Source: Eledone cirrhosa
Lineage: Eukaryota
NCBI GenBank assembly: GCA_964016885.1
Contig: OZ024743.1
Coordinates: 36,146,001 to 36,210,000, forward strand
DNA length: 64,000 nt
Direction: 5' to 3'
Shown: piece after piece, positions 53,874 through 64,000 of the stretch
Position numbering within the stretch: the first letter of the stretch is position 1
Layout of the letters: each line of letters opens with the position of its first letter
Program-made: the position numbers and the translations under genes
Notes under the pieces: generated by a model
Databases searched by the model: none
Told to the model about the DNA's origin: nothing
The model's input: the letters and a program-made list of their open reading frames with translations, nothing else

Positions 53874-53969
53874 ATTGGATACAAACGATATCGCAGGTTT
53901 TATATCAGAATGACCTTCTCCTAGAGAGATGTCTTAATGAAGACTAGGAGTCTCTCGCCACCCCCCTCC

Positions 53970-54011
<42 letters not shown>

Positions 54012-54557
54012 TTACGTTTCCTCGTAAAATGCCACCAATCTAACATTCTTTTGATAAATACAATACATACATACATACATACATACATACATACATACAT
54101 ACATACATACATACATACATACATACATGCTCAGCTATATTGAGATACTCAGTTATACACAACTGTGTAAGGGTGAGTCACATATGGCTATGTTTGTGTA
54201 TGTACGAGTGCACGCGTGTGTGTGTGTGTTTATGTATTTGTGTGTTTTGCCACAACTTCAAGATGACACCCACCTCATATCTTCTTTGTGTCTCATTTTC
54301 ATTTGTTCATATGTCGTTCCACGTATACCTATACAAACACAGACAGAAAAGTTGACACCCATCGAGCTGCACACAAGGCACACAATTGAGACACTCGCAT
54401 CAACTCAGGTACACATGTGCAATCACATACAATGTCTTTCATACATACACTTACAGACACATAGACACATAGACATATACAAATATAAGCAGAGCCACGC
54501 CTTCACAATTTAACACCAACACAAAATGCATCTCTACACACTGACTTATATGCATGC

Positions 54558-54621
<64 letters not shown>

Positions 54622-54807
54622 GTATATACATACATACACACATATATATATATATGCATGCATACATACGTATACATATATACATATATACATATATACA
54701 TATATATATGCATATATACCTACATATACATATATACATACACATATATATACACACAAACACACACATACACACATATACCCCCCCCCCCAACACACAC
54801 ACGCGCA

Positions 54808-54896
<89 letters not shown>

Positions 54897-55174
54897 CTGT
54901 TTGCCTGTCTCCCACTCATAGTCTATATGCCGTTGCTATTTTCCCGGCAATGTCACCGTATCTACAAATTGCACCCTTCTTTCTACCGCTACTCACAGCT
55001 AATTTTAGATGCCCCTCCTACTTCCACCCTTCTTCATCATCGTAGATTGTGATAACACTGACACACTGTTATATAACATATAGCCTTTGCTCCGACACGC
55101 ATCACATACCTTTATGAATGCGCGTTTTTCCTATCAACACACATACATGCACTCACGCATAATATACATACATA

Positions 55175-55646
55175 CATGATGGCTGCCCCTTCGTTATCGA
55201 GTATGGCCATTGCACGATATACCATTATTAATAATTATCAATTAATTCTATCGTGCAATGCCTGTGCTTGAAGATATTTTTTTAAATGAGGAAAGACTGT
55301 GCACTGAGCCAATCCCACTCTCTGAGCGACAGTAGCTATAACCCGAAAAGAAGAAAATATCAACATCATCGGTAACTACTGAGCCGCAGGTTTTATATCG
55401 GAGTTATCCCAGTTTCCTGAGTTGCCTTCTCCTAGAAGAATGCCCTGACAAAGGCTACAGGTCCTTCATTCCCAGTGGTTTAACCGCGCGATCGGGTGTC
55501 CAGCCCGATTATTTCTATGTCCCCGCGCATGTACTTACACATGCACCCATGCATATACACATATACATATACATACATATGCACATGTGCATATACATAT
55601 TTACACACTTTTGTATGGCCGTTGACTCTTATGAGATCTTCCGCCC

Positions 55647-55678
<32 letters not shown>

Positions 55679-56095
55679 CATACATACATGGTGGCTGCTA
55701 ACTCGTTTTCGAGTACGGCCACTACTTTATATCCATGTAGGAGAACCCCTACCGATGCGCTAAACAAGTGTGACTTTTTAGTCCAGCCAGCGACTTGAAA
55801 ACTCCGGTACAAACACTACACTTGTGACAATTATTGACACAGTGCTGGGCCCATGGTACCATGTGACGACAAGTGCAGAGAGATCTCCAGATATAAAGCA
55901 ATGCCTGTGCCGTGAAGCTTTTATAGTGAGTAAAGGCACTGCACAAAGCCAGTCCCACTCTCTTAACCAAGATGATATTTACCAAAAAGAAGAACAAGTC
56001 AACATCATTGGATACCATCAGAGTTGCAGGTGTTATATCAGAGTTTTCCTTCTCCTAGAATTCTGCCTTGACAAAGGCTAAGGGGTCATCTCTCC
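55175..56095 (-). mobile_element. Two copies of a short non-autonomous RTE-derived element ending in (TATG)n; relatives ~53425-53955 (-) and ~36183-36420 (+)
   Basis: RTE 5'-UTR-like CTAGGAGAAGGAAAACTCTGA joined to CSVCTGVFKSLAGLKSH (RTE C-terminal C2H2-like motif) and a short 3' UTR. Confidence 0.6.
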
Positions 56096-56319
56096 CAATA
56101 TATATATACATACATACATACATACATACATACATACATACATACACAACTCAAAACATCCACATCCACACATACAATAACATCCATACCTGCACACACA
56201 TGCATGCAGACATGCAGACATATCTACCTAGTTGATGATGAGTAAATTCCAATGAGAGAGTTTTGTGTCTATGTTAGAAACTGACTCTCTCTTTATTGGC
56301 AAAACTTTAAAACTTTGTG

Positions 56320-56390
<71 letters not shown>

Positions 56391-56402
56391 CGAGCACATT
56401 AC

Positions 56403-56438
56403 GAGCTGAGGATCCGCTAAGGTGAAACAATTGTTCTC
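56403..56438 (+). ncRNA. Minimal hammerhead ribozyme
   Basis: GAG CUGAGGA UCC-GCUAA-GGU GAAA CAAUUG UU CUC; palindromic AACAAUUGUU. Confidence 0.8.
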
Positions 56439-56503
56439 AGTATGATGAACTAACTGTTGTGTAACCACTTCTACCTAACTCGTATATATATATACATACA
56501 TAC

Positions 56504-56666
<163 letters not shown>

Positions 56667-56922
56667 ATATATATATGTGTATATATATATATGTGTATAT
56701 ATATCAGATATGCATCCGTAAACAATAACTCTCTGCTCGAGTGGGCCATGAGACCCAAATTCTGATTTGAAAGACTTCGCCAGGTGGTGCTATTAAGTTA
56801 GACATGGTCTGGGCCAATACTGGCCGAAACCTATCAAAGTTATCAAAGTTATATATATAAATATATATATATATATAGTGACGAAACATAAGTCAATTGC
56901 ATGAACTCATAATCCTTTATTT

Positions 56923-56982
56923 ACTGCTATATATATATATTTCGATGATAGCCATTGAATGGCTATGACCTCATCAGGCAGT
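56923..56982 (-). ncRNA. Hammerhead ribozyme whose stem III is (UA)n
   Basis: ACUGC CUGAUGA GGUCAUAGCCA-UUCAA-UGGCUAUCAUC GAAA (UA)n GCAGU. Confidence 0.8.
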
Positions 56983-57041
56983 TAGTCAGTTCTTAGATAT
57001 GCCAGCTCTGTGTTTATAGTGTTGATGGTATCAGAGCCTTG

Positions 57042-57085
<44 letters not shown>

Positions 57086-57384
57086 ATGTGTGTGTGTGTT
57101 CGTGTATTAGTGTCTAGGAGCTTCATTCACTAGATTTAGAGTGAAGCCACGTAGCTAAGGTTCCTGTTCTGCCCTTGAGCAAGACACTCTATTTCATGTT
57201 GTTCAGTGTATTCAAATGGCAAAGATGAGATGTACCTGTAATTCAAAGGACCAGCCTTTATCATCACACTGAATCTCCCTGAGAACTAAGGGTGCACGTG
57301 GGTGTGTGAAATGCTAAGCCATTTGTACGTTAATTTCATGAGTCGTTGTCTGAATTGACGTGTATCCAACACAAAATGAAACAC

Positions 57385-57488
<104 letters not shown>

Positions 57489-58286
57489 GCACGCACAGAT
57501 TTTGTACATTCAATACAATAATTGTTTCAACTTTAGGCACAAGGCCCGCAATTTTGGGGGAAGCGAAAATCGATTAAATCGAACCCAGTGCGTTGCTGGT
57601 GTTTCTTTTATCGACCCTGTAAGGATGAAAAGCAAAACTAACTTCGACGGGGTTTGAACTCAGAACGTAAAGGACCGTAACTCTTATTGCCTTTCACATC
57701 AGTCTCATAATCTCCATTATCGTAAAGAACACTAAATGAATGTGAATTGTCTCATATCTTCCATAGTCTCTTCCGCAACCATCAATTCAATGTGTCATGT
57801 TCCTTGACCTATCATCTTGTCTCTGTTTATTCTCAGTCCAGTTATCTTCGTCACTTTACCGGGCAATAAGCCAGCTCTGGTACACTATCTTTATATTCTA
57901 CAAATAATTGTTTCTACTTTTGGCACAAGGCCAGCAATTACCCAATGCATTTCTGGTACCGATCCCATAAGGATGAAAGCAAAGCTAACCTCGGCGGGTG
58001 CATTATCATTAGCAGTGATCTTTTAACTAGATATCATATTCAGTGTGTCCTTAAAAGGTGGTCGAAAGAAGGGCGCTAGATATTCGTTCCGGGTTTCTGC
58101 GTTCCGAATTTAAATGCCATTTAGATTTTCATCCTTTTGGGGTCGATAAAGAAAGTAGAAATCGTGCTGGTGCAGCTCTCTTACATTTTTGGTGTCACAT
58201 CTCGGATGTATGGCTGGATCAAAGGCAGGAGTGCAGTGAGGGTGTCTACTAAGTCATACTCGATTCCGCGTCTATCTCTCTCTCTA

Positions 58287-58353
<67 letters not shown>

Positions 58354-58374
58354 ATCTATCTATCTATCTATCCA

Positions 58375-58465
<91 letters not shown>

Positions 58466-58538
58466 CTATCTATCTGTCTACCTATCTCCCTTTCTCTTTC
58501 TTCCTCTCTCCCCACCACTATCTCTCTCTCTCTCTCAG

Positions 58539-58596
<58 letters not shown>

Positions 58597-59104
58597 CATG
58601 CAAACATATTCATATACATACATACGCATTCACAGACAATCATTAATATAGCACCCGAGGTCGCAAATAGCGCACATATTTAAAAAAGCTACGAACAGGC
58701 ACATACACATACATGCATACACACATACAATCAGATACATACATATACACATAATTCCATCTATCTATCCATACATATTTACATAAATACATGCATGCTT
58801 CTACCCAACCATGCGCGCGCGCACTCACACACATGCATATATATATATATATATACATCAATCTATATACACATACATATACATCCATCTACCCATACAT
58901 TCATGCATACATACATTCATTTATACATACATACATACATACATACATACATACATACATACATACATACATACCGAGGTTAGCTTTGCCTTTCATCCTT
59001 ACGGGGTCGATTAAATAAAGTACCAGTAATACACTGGGATCGATTTAATCGACTTTCTCCTGCCCCAAAATTGCTGGCCTTTTGCCTATAGAAGAAATCA
59101 TTAT

Positions 59105-59533
59105 TACATACATGCATGCATCCATACATCCATCCATACATAATACATACTTTCATATATACATACATACATACACACATACATACATACATACATACAT
59201 ACACACATACATACATACATACATACATACATACACACATACATACACACATACATACATACATACATACATATATACATACATACATACACACATACAT
59301 ACACACATACATACATACATACATACATACATACATACATACATACATACATACACACATACATACATACATACATACATACATACACACATACATACAC
59401 ACATACATACATACATACATACATACATACATACATACATACACACACACATACATACATACATACATACATACATACATACATACATACATACATACAT
59501 ACATACATACATACAGAGACACATACATACATA
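59105..59533. repeat. (CATA)n/(CACA) tetranucleotide array (complementary (TATG)n array at 61186-61592)
   Basis: Direct reading. Confidence 0.9.
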
Positions 59534-60096
59534 CCTCCCGCCACATACACACGGAAGAGAGACAGGCTTAAACGTACGTAAGTCACCAAAGTGGAACGCA
59601 CTGAAATGACGTCTTGTCTGCTAGTGTCACGTGATATTACCAACACATTGGTGCCACGATCAAAGCACTAGACAGATGGTTTGTGTGTCAATCGGGATAT
59701 CATTTAACTATGTAGTTACTTACACACTCAGTCACCCTTGACCTCAACTTAAGTGCATCATCACATGTTCAAAGTGAGTGGATGGATAAAGGAAAAAAAA
59801 ATTCAAGTTTTAGTATATACTACAAAAATCTTTTGGCTTAAGATACGTGTATGTGTGTGAATGAGTGTGTATGTGTTGGAGATAGTGCGCGAGTTTATCT
59901 ATATGTGCGGGGGTGTGTGTATATCATGTGTGTTCATCTGTAATTTTCTTAATTTTTACAAAGAGAGAGATAGATAGATAGACATTTTCCAATATATATA
60001 TATATGAAAATGTGTGAAACAGGTATATTTGAAAAAAAGGAAAAGAATGACTTCAGTTGTAGTTGTAAACAAATTGATTTCATTTTATAATATTTT

Positions 60097-60286
60097 AATT
60101 GTTTCTACTTTTGGCACAATGCCAGCAATTATCCCAGTGTATTACTGGTACTTTATTTTATCGACCCTGTAAGGATGAAAGGTAAAGTTAACCTCGGCGG
60201 GATTTGAACTCAGACCATAAAGGGACGTAACTGTGCTTCAAAGCATGGGGTCCGACCCTCTACCGATACTGCAAATCCACCGCCCT
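60097..60286 (-). mobile_element. Meta/MESC-type SINE at the apex of an inverted repeat
   Basis: Full consensus; flanks 60030-60093 and 60287-60349 are reverse complements of each other. Confidence 0.85.
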
Positions 60287-60363
60287 ATATTATAAAATTA
60301 AATCAATTTGTTTAGAACTACAAGTGAAGTCATTCTTTTTCTTTTTTCATATATATATATTAT

Positions 60364-60619
60364 AGGGCGGGTAAAATTCCCGAGATCCATGGACGAGTTC
60401 TCTCCAGCTGTCTCTGTCCCTCATTATCGCTGCCATGTCCTGCGTCTCCAACAGACCAGTGTCTGTCCTTAGGGCATCAACATACTTTAACTTTGGTCTT
60501 CCTCTTCCAGTGTGTCCATGTAGGGGCTCCCACAGGAGCACTGAGTTCAATGTCAACTCTGGATGTCAGTGAGCATGTCCAGCTAACCCCAGTCTCCTTT
60601 GTGTCACTTTTGAGCTGAC
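60364..60619 (-). mobile_element. RTE-clade LINE 3' fragment
   Basis: Near-identical to 18611-18868. Confidence 0.85.
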
Positions 60620-60646
60620 CTTTGGGAGGCTCCCATACAGCTCTAT

Positions 60647-60750
<104 letters not shown>

Positions 60751-61892
60751 GGCGAAGCTGGTTTGCAACACAAAAGCAAAACTTTTTCACTAGAATTTAG
60801 ACAACACCAACTAGAAATGACAGTGGCATCTTCTCCTGCGGCAACCTGGTGCATTCAACGACAGAGTCAGGCTTCTAAGCCCAACAAACCTAAGAATCCC
60901 AAGCTACCGAAGGTTCCGCAGCTGTCTGATAGGTTTCTCGTCGAAGCTGTAGAAGTAGAGACATCCAGCGTTCTTGGTACCCGGGCCACCTCCCTACCCA
61001 CTACTATCGTGGCGGAATTTGGTCACCCTCGGGTGTGAACACAGTGAGTTGGAATGGCAAACACACTGCTTCTCACGCGCCATCCTCCGGAGCAACGTTT
61101 TTTCCATTCTATCCTCTCTGATCACGTGGCCACCAGCGCCAGGAGTCATGCGCGCAGACAGTGTTTCTCTGCACCATCGGGGCCCGTATGTATGTATGTA
61201 TGTATGTATGTATGTCTATGTATGTATGTATGTATGTATGTTTGTATGTATGTATGTATGTATGTATGTATGTATGTATGTCTATGTATGTATGTATGTA
61301 TGTATGTATGTATGTAGGTATGCATGTACGTATGTATGTATGTATGTATGTCTATGTATGTATGTATGTATGTATGTATGTATGTATGTATGTATGTATG
61401 TATGTATGTATGTCTATGTATGTATGTATGTATGTATGTATGTATGTATGTATGTATGTATGTAGGTATGCATGTATGTATGTATGTATGTATGTATGTC
61501 TATGTATGTATGTATGTATGTATGTATGTATGTATGTATGTATGTATGTATGTATGTATGTATGTATGTATGTAGGTATGCATGTATGTATGCAGACGTT
61601 GGGCTTGCAATTAAAAGGTTGTGAGTTCAATTCTCGTATTGGGTGATGCGCTGTATCCTTGAGCAAGACACTTTATTTTACGTTACTCCAGTTTACTCAG
61701 CTGTTGAAATTAGTTGCGACGACACTCGTGCCAAGCTGTATCGGCCATTGCCTTTCCCTTGGACAACATCAGTGGCGTGGAGAGGGGAGCCTGGTATACA
61801 TGGGTGACTGCTGGTCTTCCTCAAACACCTTGCCTGGATTTGTGACTCGGAGGTGCAAAACCATGACCATTAGTGACAGAAGGGGGCCTTAA

Positions 61893-61923
<31 letters not shown>

Positions 61924-63252
61924 TGTATGCATGTATGTATGTATGTATGTATGTATGTATGTATGTATTATGTGAAAGAGTGTGGCTTAGTGGTTCCGCT
62001 CACAATTGCAAGGTTGTGAGTCTGATTCCTAATGATGCACTGTCCTTTATTTCATTGCTCCAGTCCATTCAGCAAGAAAAAAATTAGCTGTGGTGTTTTA
62101 GTCTGACAAGGGGAGATAATCTTTCCAAGTCAATCAGCTGACAAAAATGAGTTGTACCTTTGATTCAAAAGGCCAGCAATTCATATTGCATTTCACTGAA
62201 AACTACGTTAAGGGTTGACATGTCTGTGGAATTATTAGTCATTTGCATGTTAATTTCACACGCATGCTGTTCCGTTGATAGATATCAATTGGGAAACTCA
62301 TCGTAGAGACCGGCGGAAGTGCAAAACACATATACATTCCCCTACAACATGATCATATCTCAACTACTTGGACAAGGCCACCCGATGGTGCCATCATATT
62401 CCTATTCAATCACTCCAGCTTTTCATTTTCCATACACAGCTCTCTCAGCTCGCAAAACAAACAAAAATCTCACCCCTTTTAGATATATATTCCCTACTGA
62501 CAACAAGAAGTGCAAGCTGAACATCAGTCGCATTCACTTCAACACTCTGCTAGGATTGAAATATTTATGGGCACCATCATTCTTAGGAAGTAAAGATATA
62601 CTGAGAGTGGTCGCCCATGTTCTCCTCAGTGCAAGCCATCGACTTAGAGAGGAATGAAGGAGGGGAGAAAGAGAGAATTGACCGCGGTATTGAACTGTTA
62701 CTTTATTTATCGACCTTTAAAGGATGAAATGAAAGTGAAGTTGACCGCGAGTTGAACTCAAAGTGCAGAGAGCCAGAACAAAAACTTCAAAGCATTCTAT
62801 CCGAGCTCTTTAACGTCAACCTACCGCTCTAAACAGGATGTACAGTTTAAATTGCCTGTTAATTGTTAGTATGATAATGTTTTCTAATGAGGATATATAA
62901 TTATACTATGTTCACATACAATCAGCGTCAACAATTAGTTGTAGATTAATTCATTAATGTTGTATGCAATAATTAGCATCGGGTAAAATGCTTTGTGGTA
63001 TTTGTTCCGGTTCTCAACACCGAATTACACTTTCTGACCCTTTCAATTAACAAATAAAGTCCACCCGTCGGGCTTTCATATAATTTCAGTCTATCCAATT
63101 TCTCTCAGAAAAATTAGGTCTACCTGAAGCTTTGGTAAATGACACTTGCTCGAAAGGCCATGCCAAGCTTTCCTTCTATTGACCAGAATAGGATTCCAGT
63201 GGATTTTATGTAACATTTTGACGGTATCTAGTGTATAAAGCGTGCGTGTGTT

Positions 63253-63346
<94 letters not shown>

Positions 63347-64000
63347 ATAAATTTAGTGACATAAACATTGAAAAGTTTGTGTCAACGCATTTGACTTTTA
63401 AACTCGTGAAATTAAGAAATTAATTCTTAGTATCTTGAAATTATCTCTTGTTCTCTTTGGGTGTCGCTTAAAGTTATTACTTGTCGCCCTTCTCGAATTC
63501 AGAGGCAAATTTCAGTTAGATCACTTAAGTTATTTTTATAATATTTCCTTTTTTCTAATTAATTTCGTTAACTTAACTTATTTTTTATTACCAAACCTTA
63601 ACAATTACCAGTAAGTTTTTACTCTTTATCGCCTACTAAGAACATATTTTCAATTAATTGACAAGGTTTTTGCGTTCGTTATTCAGTATATCAATATTTA
63701 AATTCTTAATTTAAACTCATTAATGTTCCATTCAATTAAGGCAGGACCTATAAAACGATGTAGTGTTGGTGTGAATATCCCATCGAAGCCAAGCGAAATG
63801 TGTTCTTATTGAAAAGTATCTTATTACTTGTCGCTGAATATTACAGTCAGAAAAAAAAGACAATGTGAAGCAGTTCATTAATACATTGTTTTACGATAAT
63901 TTCAGAGGGAAAAAAGAGTTTATCGATGCATAAACTAATCAATAACAGTGATACTATTAGCCTCGAAAAAGACATCCATTCTACCGTCTATTCTCAGAAA

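Noticed and set aside
62319-62657. 112-aa ORF, possibly a LINE 3' remnant
   Set aside because: No motif I can assign with confidence

Overview
Repeat-saturated, AT-rich animal DNA with no recognisable host gene. The SINE families and microsatellite load point to a cephalopod, probably Octopus. Almost all ORFs in the supplied track are artefacts of microsatellites. The main contents are: (1) a full-length ~5.7-kb Tx1/L1-clade retrotransposon (26033-31737) with a zinc-knuckle ORF1 and an intact APE-RT-Zn ORF2, inserted in a (TCTA)n tract with a diagnostic 21-bp TSD, plus three 3' fragments of its relatives also at TCTA; (2) several sequence-unrelated families of short elements in (TA)n tracts that carry minimal hammerhead ribozymes and mostly form fold-back hairpins, one of them still attached to a degenerate GIY-YIG fragment that identifies it as Penelope-like; (3) fragments of CR1-like, RTE, CRE-like and R4/Dong-like LINEs; (4) more than 25 tRNA-derived SINE copies (Meta/MESC-type and CORE-type), a 100-bp Tc1/mariner MITE, and several minisatellites. 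Different retroelement families appear to occupy different microsatellite types. All motifs, folds and coordinates were read by eye.
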